Shown: positions 17,371 through 27,505, counted from the stretch's first letter. The stretch is 64,000 nt of DNA from a virus (IMGVR_UViG_3300037487_000968:141280-205279), one strand, 5' to 3'. The notes: generated by a model not told the origin, from the letters alone. A program made the numbers and translations.

Positions 17371-18438
17371 ATGAGACAAAAAGTTTATATCATCTATGAC
17401 GAGCAAACAGAATATGTAGCAGATAGGATCTGTAAGAAAAATGGGATAGATAAAAAATTCTTCTCCACTAATTCTGAACTTACAGCAGATATATTAAAAG
17501 AAATGACTAACCTATGCATAGGGCAATTTTTTTATATCATTAAAACCGATAAAGAGATTTTATTTCCTGACTTCGATTTTACATATAAACCCGAAACATG
17601 GGATAAGGATTATGTTCATATGTGGGGTAATAATACCGTTCGTTTGTATAATACTGATAATGTATTAAAAAATCCTGCAGAATATACTGATGAAGCTTTA
17701 AAGAATGGTGACATAAAACTTAAGAATAATATAGATAAGATATATACATATCCTACTTTCGATATAATATTCCTTAGTTATGATGAAGAATATGCTGATG
17801 CAAATTATGAAAAACTAAAAGAAAGATTCCCTAGAGCGAAGAGATTACATAATATTAAGGGTATCTTTGAAGCACATAAATCAGCAGCACAATGGGCAGA
17901 ACATGACAAATCTGATATGTTCTATGTGGTTGATGCTGATGCTGAAATTGTTTCTACGTTTGATTTTAGTTATCAACCACATTCTCTTAACAGGCAATCT
18001 GTCCATGTATGGCATTCCCGTAATCCCATAAATGATCTAGAATATGGATACGGTGGTATAAAGTTATTTCCGACAAAACTATTGGTAGCATACGAAGGAT
18101 CACCTATCGACTTCACAACAACAGTATCTAAGAGTTTCAAGGTAATGGATGAAGTAAGTAATATTACTAAATTTAACACCGATCCATTCTCGGCCTGGCG
18201 TAGTGGTTTTAGAGAATGCGCTAAACTTGCTTCTAAAATAATACCAAAACAAGATAATGCAGAAACAGAACTTAGACTTAGTGTCTGGTGTTCTAAGGGC
18301 GAAGATAGAAGCTTTGGAGATTTTACTATAATGGGTGCCATTGATGGTGCCAATTTTGGCAGAGCACATAAGGATCAACCCGATATGCTCGGGTTGATCA
18401 ATGATTTTAGTTGGTTAGAGAAACGATTTAATTCTTAA
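17371..18438 (+). CDS. Hypothetical protein with internal duplication, encoded on the opposite strand in an AT-rich island
   Basis: 355 aa. Two copies of the module FDF(T/S)Y(K/Q)P...VH(M/V)W at about aa 68-95 and 199-225. Markedly AT-rich relative to its flanks. Confidence 0.55.
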   Translation: MRQKVYIIYDEQTEYVADRICKKNGIDKKFFSTNSELTADILKEMTNLCIGQFFYIIKTDKEILFPDFDFTYKPETWDKDYVHMWGNNTVRLYNTDNVLKNPAEYTDEALKNGDIKLKNNIDKIYTYPTFDIIFLSYDEEYADANYEKLKERFPRAKRLHNIKGIFEAHKSAAQWAEHDKSDMFYVVDADAEIVSTFDFSYQPHSLNRQSVHVWHSRNPINDLEYGYGGIKLFPTKLLVAYEGSPIDFTTTVSKSFKVMDEVSNITKFNTDPFSAWRSGFRECAKLASKIIPKQDNAETELRLSVWCSKGEDRSFGDFTIMGAIDGANFGRAHKDQPDMLGLINDFSWLEKRFNS

Positions 18439-18779
18439 CAATAATTACCTAAGATTCCTTCAACTAATTCGTTGATATCTTTTTCTAATTTATCTGTATT
18501 GATAAAGATTTTTACATCTCTCATCTTCTTAAAAGAGTCTTCCATTACTTCCCATGTAGCATCTTTATTTACAGGGATAGGATGTGTAAGTTCTTCACCT
18601 TTTAGTTCAACTATATTACCATCATAATATTGAACAAGGATTTGTTCTATATACCTCGATGGTATCTCTTTAGCATCTATTTCTTTGACTATACGGTCAA
18701 ATACAGAAGGTTTAGCAATTCTACTAATAGCCCTATCTATATTAAAACTCGTCGTTGTTTTTTTTGCCATATTACTCAT
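18435..18779 (-). CDS. hypothetical protein
   Basis: 114-aa ORF. The start may instead be M4. Confidence 0.4.
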   Translation of the reverse strand: MSNMAKKTTTSFNIDRAISRIAKPSVFDRIVKEIDAKEIPSRYIEQILVQYYDGNIVELKGEELTHPIPVNKDATWEVMEDSFKKMRDVKIFINTDKLEKDINELVEGILGNYC

Positions 18780-18797
18780 CTCCCTAATACCTCCTAT

Positions 18798-18805
18798 TAT
18801 TTATA
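18798..18805 (-). promoter_or_regulatory. Candidate T4-type late promoter TATAAATA
   Basis: Exact TATAAATA on the minus strand about 19 nt upstream of the 18435-18779 ATG, followed by a GGAGG Shine-Dalgarno. Confidence 0.35.
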
Positions 18806-18845
18806 AGAATATAGCCGGGGGAAAACCGGCTATATTACGGGAGAA

Positions 18846-19574
18846 TTACTTCTGAGATGATCGGGCCGCATCCCTTTTTAGTTTTGCGGCAACCTTGGCA
18901 TCAATAACTGCTTCTTTCTTTTCAACTTTTGCTTCAGCAGCCTTACGTTGATCGCGTTCACGACGTTTAGTCTTCTGTTCTTCCAGCTTCGCAGCCTTTG
19001 CATCAACAGGTAAAGCAGGTCTACCACGGCCTGGGCGCGAGTCGGGATCTAAAGCATAGGCCTCTTCCCGTTTAGCAGCAGCGTCTTTCTCTAGAATCTC
19101 TGCCTGAAGGATGAGTCCTTTAGCGATAGCCGACGGATCTCCAACTGGAATTGTCGGTAATACAACCGGCGCAACCACCTGCTGACCAGATTGTTTTGCC
19201 ATATATTCATCAACCTTCTTATCAATAGTTGCATTGATAAGTGCTAATGGAACTGCTTGTCCCGGTAATGGAAGCATTGTAATATTGGTTACAGGTTCCT
19301 TACGAAGGTATCCCCTCTGATGAAGTGCGGTTAGACAATTCAGCCCATCCGGGAAGGTTCTGCGATTTAAGACTTCGTAGAAATCATTTGTCTCCACTGA
19401 TTCTTTGCTGTTAAGACATTGAATTAAATAGTCGTGATAGCTATCTGGAAGACGTTCTGTTTCAACAATTAAGCAATTTGCTTCATCATTAGGAAGTTTT
19501 CTAAACACTACAGCTACACGGACTCCGGTATTTAAAAGCTGACCGGCGTGCTTTTTTAGGCCTTCTATTGCCAT
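18846..19574 (-). CDS. hypothetical protein with Lys/Ala/Glu-rich C-terminal tail
   Basis: 242-aa ORF. Confidence 0.45.
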   Translation of the reverse strand: MAIEGLKKHAGQLLNTGVRVAVVFRKLPNDEANCLIVETERLPDSYHDYLIQCLNSKESVETNDFYEVLNRRTFPDGLNCLTALHQRGYLRKEPVTNITMLPLPGQAVPLALINATIDKKVDEYMAKQSGQQVVAPVVLPTIPVGDPSAIAKGLILQAEILEKDAAAKREEAYALDPDSRPGRGRPALPVDAKAAKLEEQKTKRRERDQRKAAEAKVEKKEAVIDAKVAAKLKRDAARSSQK

Positions 19575-19607
19575 AATTTACTCCTTAAGGGGTATAAACC
19601 CCCTTGA

Positions 19608-19916
19608 TTATGCTGCCGGTGCTTCTGCTACTTCTTCTGTTTCTTCTGAAGCTTCTACTTCTTTCTTTTGTGTGCTTTCTACATAAGCTAAGAATCCAGA
19701 TAGCTTATTATAAACATCACCGACTTGAGATAATTCTCCAGCTTGGAATGCGCCACGGCGTGATGCTAGATCAACAACACGAGCTAGTAATTGAAGATCA
19801 ACAATTGTCAATTGTACTGGTTCAACTGAAGTTGTTGTTGGTGCATCAGCTGCAGGTGCTACTGGTGCTACTGGTGCAGATGCTGGTGCCGAAGCTTTCT
19901 TGTTTGGTTTTGCCAT
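19608..19916 (-). CDS. hypothetical Ala/Pro-rich protein
   Basis: 102 aa with a low-complexity N-terminus and an acidic C-terminus. Confidence 0.4.
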   Translation of the reverse strand: MAKPNKKASAPASAPVAPVAPAADAPTTTSVEPVQLTIVDLQLLARVVDLASRRGAFQAGELSQVGDVYNKLSGFLAYVESTQKKEVEASEETEEVAEAPAA

Positions 19917-20021
19917 TATGGTTCTCCGTTAAAATGAATGGTTATTGTAGATTATCTACTAACATTACTTATGACAGAGAATGTAAATCGTGGCATTTAT
20001 TGATATTTTATTGGACGATTT

Positions 20022-20483
20022 TCAAGATACAGCGTAGATAAGTGCTGTTATAATGGCAGAATCTTTTCTTAATTGGCGTTTTTCTATCATTTTGACATAT
20101 CTTATTTGTCTCTCTTCGAATGTCGCATATAATCCTACAGGTCGATTTTTCCATTTTATCTTTTGAGCATTAGATAGATTATCTTTATGCTTTTGTGTAA
20201 ATCCAATCTCTGATAGATGACGTTTAACCCAGCCGTACTTCTTATTATTTCCAAGACCTGACATTAACTTTACAGCATACCAGAGCCCTTTAGTATTAGG
20301 GTAAATCTTAACGAGTAATAAATGAGCAAGGTAATGTTCTTCGGGTGTTAGTGAAACAATGTTAGATAGATCATTCGTTCCCTGTAGACATTTAGGGACT
20401 ATATGGTGGCGTTCGATATAACCGTCTAGAAGGCGAGTTTGTGCTCTATCTACAAGTCTTTTATATATTTGTTCATAATTCAT
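20022..20483 (-). CDS. HNH homing endonuclease
   Basis: HHIVPKCLQGTNDLSNIVSLTPEEHYLAH HNH motif. Confidence 0.65.
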   Translation of the reverse strand: MNYEQIYKRLVDRAQTRLLDGYIERHHIVPKCLQGTNDLSNIVSLTPEEHYLAHLLLVKIYPNTKGLWYAVKLMSGLGNNKKYGWVKRHLSEIGFTQKHKDNLSNAQKIKWKNRPVGLYATFEERQIRYVKMIEKRQLRKDSAIITALIYAVS

Positions 20484-20487
20484 ATAA

Positions 20488-20522
20488 TATTTACCAAAAT
20501 AAAAGCACCCGAAGGTGCTTTT
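20488..20522 (-). terminator. Intrinsic terminator (AAAGCACC-TTCG-GGTGCTTT) with flanking T/A runs
   Basis: Perfect 8-bp stem with a tetraloop, then TTTTATTTTGG on the minus strand, downstream of the 20524-21108 gene. Confidence 0.55.
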
Positions 20523-20523
20523 A

Positions 20524-21108
20524 TTAGTGTGCCGGGCCTGTTGGCTGCGGTAAAACTTTGATTAACTCATCCGGCCAACCTAAGTAAAACCTCCACTCTT
20601 CATCTCTGATATGGATGGGTAAAGTCTTACGTTTGGCAAGAATTTCATAATAAGTAGGCTTGTAAGGCTTCTTCTTAGGTACAATAGTCTTATCAGCACC
20701 TTTATCGCTGTTGCATGTCTTACAAGAAGTACATACATTCAACCAATTAGTCTTACCACCATGCGATTTAGGTACCACATGGTCCAGTGTTAATTCAACA
20801 AGCTTCACCTTACCCTTAGCATCTTTACACCGGCTTGTAGTTTGAAGCTGGCAGGTAAAATCATCCCGCAAATAAACATTGGAACGACTGTACTTGAGAT
20901 TTTTGCTCCACTTAACATGCTCAGTCATGATAACAATAGATGGGACTTTCATTTCTAAGTGTTGAGATCTAACAACCCAACTTTCGTAAGATTTTAGAAC
21001 CTTCACTTTGCCTAAAAACATCAGCCGCATGGCTACTTGCCATGATACAACCGAAAGGGGTACATGGGATAGTGGTGTGCCATCGCTGTTAAGTATTAGT
21101 GTGTCCAT
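20524..21108 (-). CDS. HNH homing endonuclease
   Basis: LDHVVPKSHGGKTNWLNVCTSCKTCNSDKG motif. Forms a tandem pair with the HNH gene at 20022-20483. Confidence 0.65.
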   Translation of the reverse strand: MDTLILNSDGTPLSHVPLSVVSWQVAMRLMFLGKVKVLKSYESWVVRSQHLEMKVPSIVIMTEHVKWSKNLKYSRSNVYLRDDFTCQLQTTSRCKDAKGKVKLVELTLDHVVPKSHGGKTNWLNVCTSCKTCNSDKGADKTIVPKKKPYKPTYYEILAKRKTLPIHIRDEEWRFYLGWPDELIKVLPQPTGPAH

Positions 21109-21175
21109 AATTATTAATTCGGAATAAGATCCGTGCTGTTATTATACGATGTATAATATATTAAGTCAACTCGTT

Positions 21176-21448
21176 TTAAACGACAAGTTCTATGTAACCC
21201 TGAAATTCTGAAGGTATACCTTTTAACTTTAATGCTACAGCATCTTCTATCTTATCAAAATCTACCCTAAATGTTTCTTCAAACAATTGTTTACACGGAT
21301 TAGGATCGATTACAGGTTCTATGTTATAACTTACTTCGTTATTGCATGATTCATCAACCCACGACTTAAAGAAAATTTCCAGTAGCTTGTGTTTTTCCAA
21401 TGCTGCTGAGTCTTTGATTTTAAAGTATAGAGAGGTTTGATGCATCAA
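21176..21448 (-). CDS. hypothetical protein
   Basis: 90-aa ORF. Confidence 0.35.
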   Translation of the reverse strand: MMHQTSLYFKIKDSAALEKHKLLEIFFKSWVDESCNNEVSYNIEPVIDPNPCKQLFEETFRVDFDKIEDAVALKLKGIPSEFQGYIELVV

Positions 21449-21474
21449 GTTGTCTTTGATTTTATTTATCCTCT

Positions 21475-21756
21475 CTATCGATCTAATGTAAGCAACTTTA
21501 GGTTTATGGCAGCAATAGCAACCCTGGCGTCTTCTATATATGATTCTCGTTGGTGTTGATCATGAGCTGACTGCCCTTGCCAGAGACGATCGAAGATAGG
21601 ATCAAATAACTCATCAAGTGTATCTTCAATATCCGTGTTGGGTCCGATACTATCCTCGACTGTGATTATAGCATCTCTCAACAACCTACTTTTAGCAATT
21701 GCTTTAGCGATTGTTTCGAAGAATTCTTCATTCACTTGTAGTAAATAATCGTTCAT
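21475..21756 (-). CDS. hypothetical protein
   Basis: 93-aa ORF. Confidence 0.35.
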   Translation of the reverse strand: MNDYLLQVNEEFFETIAKAIAKSRLLRDAIITVEDSIGPNTDIEDTLDELFDPIFDRLWQGQSAHDQHQRESYIEDARVAIAAINLKLLTLDR

Positions 21757-21860
21757 TTTATGACTAAAATATTATACATGGTCTTACATCGTGCTTGATT
21801 GTAGTATGCTGTAATTAGCCGATTTTGTGTGAATCTACAAGCTAATTACAGCGATTATTA

Positions 21861-23069
21861 CTACCTTTTGCTTTGCGGGGAATGACTATCTGGCTCATAC
21901 CAGGCAGTCATACCAAACGGCGCAACAATACTACGTTTCGCATCACCGTGTATAAGGAACAGTGTATCGCAGTACAAAGGATCGCCCCAACCACCACAAG
22001 GATAACCATCAGTCATCATAATGAAACGTTCTGGCTCGATATTGTTTTCCTTCATATATGTCCAGTTGCATTCGAAACTTGTGCCACCACCACCCTTGAT
22101 TTCGTAATCATCAATCTCATCAATTGTATCCGGTGTAAACTTGGCATGATTATAAACCTTTGTATCAAAGCACCAGACTTCTAATTCGAAGTCAGTAAAT
22201 TGCTGCATGATACCTTTGGTTTCACTCAGCAAGTCCCTGAGCATATCATCGCCCATAGAACCCGAACAGTCAATTGAAACTGCTGCCTTAACTTTAACAT
22301 CTTCTTTGGTGCCTGGGAGATAGATACCACTTGCTTGACTTTTACGCGAGCAACGGCTCCATGTAAAATCATTCTTAATCATGGATTGAATCTTCATGTT
22401 AAGGATCTCACGCCAATCCATTTGTGGCTCAACCAAATCTTTCAAGAGACGCTTAACACCACCCGGTGTATTACCTGCACCGGCAGATTTAGCAGCCTGC
22501 ATAACCGCAGCTCTGATTTCGTCTGAAAGGTTGCGTTGTTCTTCCTCAGTCATCGGCTCGCCTTTACCATCCCCTGGTTCAAGGTGGATGTCGAATTCGG
22601 GCCAATTGCTGTTTGGATCCTTCAGCAACAGTTCATACACTTCCTCTGCGAACATGCCTTTATACTTTGCATCGAAGCAGGCCTGCACACCAGATGTCTT
22701 TGGATCTGGAAGTTTGCCAATATTGTGTTCGTGGAGTTCATAGTTGATAACAAAGTCTGCTGCCGCGTTCCACATTTTGGGCTTGCGACCTCCACGACGA
22801 CTCATGTGATCATAAACACAGTGTTCAACTTCGTGTGCTACCAAGAAGATACACTCTTGTTTATTAAGTTTTGAAATGAAATCGCGATTGTAGTAGAAAT
22901 AACGACCATCAGTTCCAGCAGTTTTGCACCATGGCTGATCGGTAGCATCTCTTAAAATTAAACGAGTTGCAAGTGTACCCCAAAATGGTTGCTGGAGTAG
23001 TAGAGAAATACGTGCCCGGATAATCTGTTCCAGGACCGCTTCGGGGCTGGTATCTGTTGCTGCTGCCAT
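21861..23069 (-). CDS. von Willebrand factor A domain protein (CobT-like partner of the CobS-like ATPase)
   Basis: MIDAS motif VSIDCSGSMG (DxSxS) in a 402-aa protein, located next to the MoxR/CobS-type ATPase gene. Confidence 0.55.
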   Translation of the reverse strand: MAAATDTSPEAVLEQIIRARISLLLQQPFWGTLATRLILRDATDQPWCKTAGTDGRYFYYNRDFISKLNKQECIFLVAHEVEHCVYDHMSRRGGRKPKMWNAAADFVINYELHEHNIGKLPDPKTSGVQACFDAKYKGMFAEEVYELLLKDPNSNWPEFDIHLEPGDGKGEPMTEEEQRNLSDEIRAAVMQAAKSAGAGNTPGGVKRLLKDLVEPQMDWREILNMKIQSMIKNDFTWSRCSRKSQASGIYLPGTKEDVKVKAAVSIDCSGSMGDDMLRDLLSETKGIMQQFTDFELEVWCFDTKVYNHAKFTPDTIDEIDDYEIKGGGGTSFECNWTYMKENNIEPERFIMMTDGYPCGGWGDPLYCDTLFLIHGDAKRSIVAPFGMTAWYEPDSHSPQSKR

Positions 23070-23307
23070 TTTTATTCCTTGTGTTGCATGTATTATACAA
23101 CTTTAGTGACTATTAGTCTATATGATACAGTTTATGTATATGAATAAGTGCTTGAGAGTACTTTGTTACACCGTTATTTCCAAGCACAACAGTTGTCATG
23201 CAGGTATTCCCGTGTAATACCCATCCTAGTTTCAGGAGAGTATTTATATTGTCGATAAGTGTATTCTTATCGTTGCTATCAATTAATATATATTCTGTCA
23301 TTTATAT

Positions 23308-23342
23308 TCCTTAAAACATAAAGCCCGCACACGGCGGGCTTT
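23308..23342 (-). terminator. Intrinsic terminator hairpin (AGCCCGC..GCGGGCT)
   Basis: 7-bp GC stem, then TTATGTTTT on the minus strand, just downstream of the CobS-like gene stop. Confidence 0.4.
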
Positions 23343-23352
23343 ATGGCATGCA

Positions 23353-24447
23353 TTAATCTTCCAGGATGTACTTACCGTATTTTTCGTGGAAGCCCTTAAA
23401 CGTCTTCAGCTGACGGTGATTGATTGGCAGCGCATAATCACGCAGTGCGGTTTTAGCACCCAGCACAATCATTTCAGTTTGGAAGTTTTCCATCATAAAT
23501 GTGAAGAAGTGATCCACGCATTCGTGCCATGTATCCATACCAAAACCTTCTTCCTTGGCTTTGGCCTTTGCTACCCATTCTTGCAAGGTGTAGCACATGG
23601 AAATTGTCAGCGAATACATTGCGCTCAGATCCTTGACATTCAGGTTCTTTTCCTTGCCCATCAGCACGTCTTCCGACTTTGGCATACGAGCAGCAACCTT
23701 ACGGTGTGCGCTAAATTCGGTTGCCAGACCGTCACCAACTGTACCTGCAACCAGTGCAGTGTTCATAGATTCTGGCAAGTCGTCTGTAATCAGTTGACCA
23801 ACGAACACCCAGCTACGCGGTGTAGCGAATGCTTTGTCAGGGCTCTTCGAATCGAAGTTGAAGAGCTTTTGCTTATGGTGCGACAAGAAGCCAACCACAT
23901 CAGCATGGACACGGTTGCCAATTGCCCATTTTTGCCAATCTTCGAAGTTTGCCGCCATTTCAATGTGGACCAAACGATTCGCAAGCGGACTTGGCATACG
24001 ATAAGTAACACCCTTGTCACTATCGCGATTGCCAGCACAAACCATCGACACGCCCTTTGGCAAATGATATTCACCGACTCGGCGATTCAAGATCAGTTGA
24101 TAGGCCGCCGCCTGCACACTCGGCGGAGCAGCATTGATTTCATCCAAGAACAAAATTGCATTACCGAAGAAACCTTCTGTAGGCAAATCAGCAGGCTGAG
24201 CCCACTTCATTGTTTTGGTATCGGGATCATAATAAGGAATGCCCTTGATGTCAGTCGGCTCAAGCAAGAGCAGACGCATGTCAATAACGGGGCGATTTGT
24301 TTCAACACCAATTTCCGCAATCAATTCAGACTTACCAATACCGGGCGGTCCCCAAATCATTGCAGGGCGGCCTACCTTCATGCAGCGAGTAAGAAGTGTA
24401 CGAACGTCACGTGGGCGTTCAACGCGGTGTGTATCAAGTGTAGCCAT
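23353..24447 (-). CDS. cobS: MoxR/CobS-like AAA+ ATPase
   Basis: Walker A GPPGIGKS and Walker B ILFLDEIN, about 360 aa. This matches the phage-type CobS ATPase commonly paired with a VWA protein. Confidence 0.65.
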   Translation of the reverse strand: MATLDTHRVERPRDVRTLLTRCMKVGRPAMIWGPPGIGKSELIAEIGVETNRPVIDMRLLLLEPTDIKGIPYYDPDTKTMKWAQPADLPTEGFFGNAILFLDEINAAPPSVQAAAYQLILNRRVGEYHLPKGVSMVCAGNRDSDKGVTYRMPSPLANRLVHIEMAANFEDWQKWAIGNRVHADVVGFLSHHKQKLFNFDSKSPDKAFATPRSWVFVGQLITDDLPESMNTALVAGTVGDGLATEFSAHRKVAARMPKSEDVLMGKEKNLNVKDLSAMYSLTISMCYTLQEWVAKAKAKEEGFGMDTWHECVDHFFTFMMENFQTEMIVLGAKTALRDYALPINHRQLKTFKGFHEKYGKYILED

Positions 24448-24520
24448 TTATGTTTTCTCCGATAGTTAAAAAATTTGCTATGTGTGTATTATGCTATATT
24501 TATTTAATCAGGTCAAATGG

Positions 24521-24859
24521 TTATTTAACCTTGCCGGCCAAGACATCCCACATAAGTTTGCCTTCTGCTTCTTCAATAAAGGTCGGCCAAATCTCAAACA
24601 ATCTTGGTTGACTGATCTTGTCATAACCCTTCTTCAATTTAGATTGAACAAGTTTGTTAAGCTCAAAGCCCGTCACGTTGGACTTAAACTGCATAGCTTT
24701 TCCACGTCGAGCCCAAAATACACAGCAGTTCCACCCGTTCTGTTTGGTGTCCCATCTGCTTGCGTTAGGTGTGGGCCGATAGAAATAACCCCAGATCTTA
24801 TCGTGGTTGTCTTCGTTACACCAGCCAATCCATCCAAATTCGTCTTCGATTGTACTCAT
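24521..24859 (-). CDS. hypothetical protein
   Basis: 112-aa ORF. Confidence 0.4.
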   Translation of the reverse strand: MSTIEDEFGWIGWCNEDNHDKIWGYFYRPTPNASRWDTKQNGWNCCVFWARRGKAMQFKSNVTGFELNKLVQSKLKKGYDKISQPRLFEIWPTFIEEAEGKLMWDVLAGKVK

Positions 24860-25485
24860 GATATACCTTTCAGTTTATTTACAGTAAGTATCTGACCAAG
24901 TCCCGGCCAATCAGCAAGGAATATTTTAACATCGTATTGCCAACCCTGATTCCCACCTCCACCTGACCCAATCTTTAATCCTACGACTTCGAGTGCTTCA
25001 CTGTAAGGATAGTTGCCATCATACTTCTTAGGTCTTTCTAAGGTACCTTTGATAAAACCTTCCCACCCGGGATAGCTTGTAACACCGGGACTCTTAGCAC
25101 ACCAATTTGTAACACCGTTATCAGGACATTGATGTGAGTTAGATACAAAATAATTATATTTAACCTTCAATTCTATTTTAGTAAATTTATCGTCTGGATG
25201 AAATCCACGACGCCATCTCTTATCATCATTTGTAAATTTAATGGCATTAGCAGCATCCATAATATATCTTTGATTTTTTAGAAACCAAGGAATAATATCT
25301 TCTGGATCGTAAATCTCTGATCTCTCTCTTTTCAACCATACAGCAAATTCACTGCGGATCTTTTTGTGCAGACGCTCTTCTTTTTGATTTGCCCGCATAG
25401 CCTTTAGATGTAGGATATACTTTGCACGATCCTTCTCTTCAAAGATCTTACCTGTTACTCTGCATTTATATACCTGTACTCGCAT
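24856..25485 (-). CDS. hypothetical protein
   Basis: 209-aa ORF with a 4-nt overlap. Confidence 0.45.
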   Translation of the reverse strand: MRVQVYKCRVTGKIFEEKDRAKYILHLKAMRANQKEERLHKKIRSEFAVWLKRERSEIYDPEDIIPWFLKNQRYIMDAANAIKFTNDDKRWRRGFHPDDKFTKIELKVKYNYFVSNSHQCPDNGVTNWCAKSPGVTSYPGWEGFIKGTLERPKKYDGNYPYSEALEVVGLKIGSGGGGNQGWQYDVKIFLADWPGLGQILTVNKLKGIS

Positions 25486-25486
25486 A

Positions 25487-25714
25487 TTATCCTCTGATCC
25501 TATCCCACATTAGTTCTTCATCCTTAACACAAGCCACCGGTTTGAGCCAACCATTATTGATACACTGAGCAATAATCAGTTTATATTCACTAGGGCATTC
25601 TTTGTTAATTTCAAATCCTGCTCTGGGTGCAACAATTGGGCCGTCAAAAATCATGAAATCAACATCTTGACGACGAATTGTTCTGATACAACTTTTATGA
25701 GCAATAATTGGCAT
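25487..25714 (-). CDS. hypothetical small protein
   Basis: 75-aa ORF. Confidence 0.35.
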   Translation of the reverse strand: MPIIAHKSCIRTIRRQDVDFMIFDGPIVAPRAGFEINKECPSEYKLIIAQCINNGWLKPVACVKDEELMWDRIRG

Positions 25715-25790
25715 ATAATAAAAGGAATTAGGGTGCAGTAACTAACTACACCCTAATTATATGCTAGATCTAAGTACTGGTCAATTGATA

Positions 25791-26438
25791 TTAGAAAAAC
25801 ATTCCACCAATAACCAAGGTACCAATAGTTAATGCAATCATTACCCAGAATGCAAGCCATTCACCGTCATCTTCAAGATCTTTGAATCCTTTGGGTACAC
25901 GAATCAACTTGGTACCTTTAAATAATCCGCCAAGCCGGCTGTATTCTACCTTTTCATATCCTTTTGTGAATAATCGTAGATACAACATTCTAGAGATAGA
26001 TAGCCCTACAGTAACAAACAAAGCACCATACATCATTTTAATGGCTGCGGCTCCTGCAAGTTTCCATATAATTAGCATTGCTGTCAATCTACCTGCATCT
26101 GTATGCAAGAAATCATTTACAGTAACACCAAGTTCTTTTGCGGCAATGCCGATTGCCTTGGCAAAACCTTCTGCTGCTGCTGCCGCCTGTGTACCCCATG
26201 TTGCAGCCATGCCAATATGAGTACATATATCAGCAGCCGCCGGATTCTCAACAACCTTAGCGGCCCGTGCCACAGCCGCTGCGGCCTGTGATTTCAACTC
26301 AGCCACTTGAGCTTCAGATAAACCACTTACATCTACCGTTGTTTGGGCAGCAAACGAAGTAATAACAGTCAATGCCATTGCAATTGATGCAATAATTTTA
26401 CGAAACATATATTTCCTTATTAAAATGCGTTCATCCAT
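25791..26438 (-). CDS. Membrane protein (N-terminal signal/TM segment, Ala-rich amphipathic region, C-terminal TM segments)
   Basis: Hydrophobic stretches at both ends of a 215-aa protein. Confidence 0.45.
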   Translation of the reverse strand: MDERILIRKYMFRKIIASIAMALTVITSFAAQTTVDVSGLSEAQVAELKSQAAAAVARAAKVVENPAAADICTHIGMAATWGTQAAAAAEGFAKAIGIAAKELGVTVNDFLHTDAGRLTAMLIIWKLAGAAAIKMMYGALFVTVGLSISRMLYLRLFTKGYEKVEYSRLGGLFKGTKLIRVPKGFKDLEDDGEWLAFWVMIALTIGTLVIGGMFF

Positions 26439-27505
26439 GTGTATGGAAGAGACTTGAATTGATTTTCACGAGTGAATACCAATACAAGTGTGTTTGCCTT
26501 ACCTTCATTCAGCACATATGTAAACGTGCCTGCTTCGGGATCAATTTTCTTTAAGTCACGCGGTGTAACTTCGAATGTGGTTGTACTGGCATCTTCAACT
26601 TCCGGTGTAAGATTAATCTCAAAGGTAAGATCATCTTGCGAAAGAGGATTGCCGCGAATGGTATCAGGCCACACAAACTCGGAATTGATTTCTTTGCCTT
26701 CAGCGAAAACACTAACATGGTGCTTAACGTTACCTGCATCAATAGGTTTGGCATTCAGCATTTCCATTGCTTGATTAGGCGTTTCGTTATAACGATTCAT
26801 TTCTTCAACCAATGCTTTAAGCATGTCGAAATTAAACGAATCAAACATCATTGTTAGTTTAACAATTTGCGAAATATATTCCTTGCTATTGAGATTATCA
26901 TTACAATATTCTTCAATGAACGCAGAATCTAATCCTGTGAAATCGAGCATATAGAAAATGCGGCCAGGGCGATTACGCATATGCGAGCTGACACGGTATT
27001 TGTCATTCACAGTAAGCACAAACAATTTCTTTGTGGGATATACACCATCCAGCAAAGTTAAAGTTGCTTCCTGTTCGTCATTATCAAATACCTTCTCAAA
27101 TTCATCAAACACAATAACACACGGTTCGTCAATCTCTTGAATGAATGTGTTGAAGCTATCGCCACAAAATGGCGTATTAATAACAAGTGTAGAAATACCT
27201 GATTGTGCGGCTTTCTGCGAAATCAGTTTAGCAAGCATTGTCTTGCCACTACCTTTTTCACCATTAAGCAAAACACCGGTAGTATTTGGTCGTTGGCCAA
27301 ATGTGCTAAGAATACGATCAGCTTGATGTGTAGTTTTGCCATAGATCTTGCCGCTGACATTAAAGTCAGTAATAGGCTTTAGGAACCAGCCTTTTTCCGG
27401 GTGATTACCTACCGTATAGGTGCCGACAGGCAGCTTATTTCTGACATCAAAAACGCCTTGCTTGGTAGGCCACAGAAGTTCACCACTCTTAAGATAAAAT
27501 GACAT
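26420..27505 (-). CDS. AAA+ ATPase
   Basis: Walker A LLNGEKGSGKT and Walker B CVIVFDEFE. 361 aa. Confidence 0.55.
   Translation of the reverse strand: MSFYLKSGELLWPTKQGVFDVRNKLPVGTYTVGNHPEKGWFLKPITDFNVSGKIYGKTTHQADRILSTFGQRPNTTGVLLNGEKGSGKTMLAKLISQKAAQSGISTLVINTPFCGDSFNTFIQEIDEPCVIVFDEFEKVFDNDEQEATLTLLDGVYPTKKLFVLTVNDKYRVSSHMRNRPGRIFYMLDFTGLDSAFIEEYCNDNLNSKEYISQIVKLTMMFDSFNFDMLKALVEEMNRYNETPNQAMEMLNAKPIDAGNVKHHVSVFAEGKEINSEFVWPDTIRGNPLSQDDLTFEINLTPEVEDASTTTFEVTPRDLKKIDPEAGTFTYVLNEGKANTLVLVFTRENQFKSLPYTWMNAF

Noticed and set aside
23386-24465. 359-aa plus-strand ORF antisense to the CobS-like gene, plus many other long plus-strand ORFs opposite minus-strand genes (e.g. 28830-29534, 31313-31912, 43988-44413)
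   Set aside because: They lie fully within well-supported minus-strand genes with recognisable motifs and have Cys/His/Arg-rich junk composition. They are shadow ORFs.
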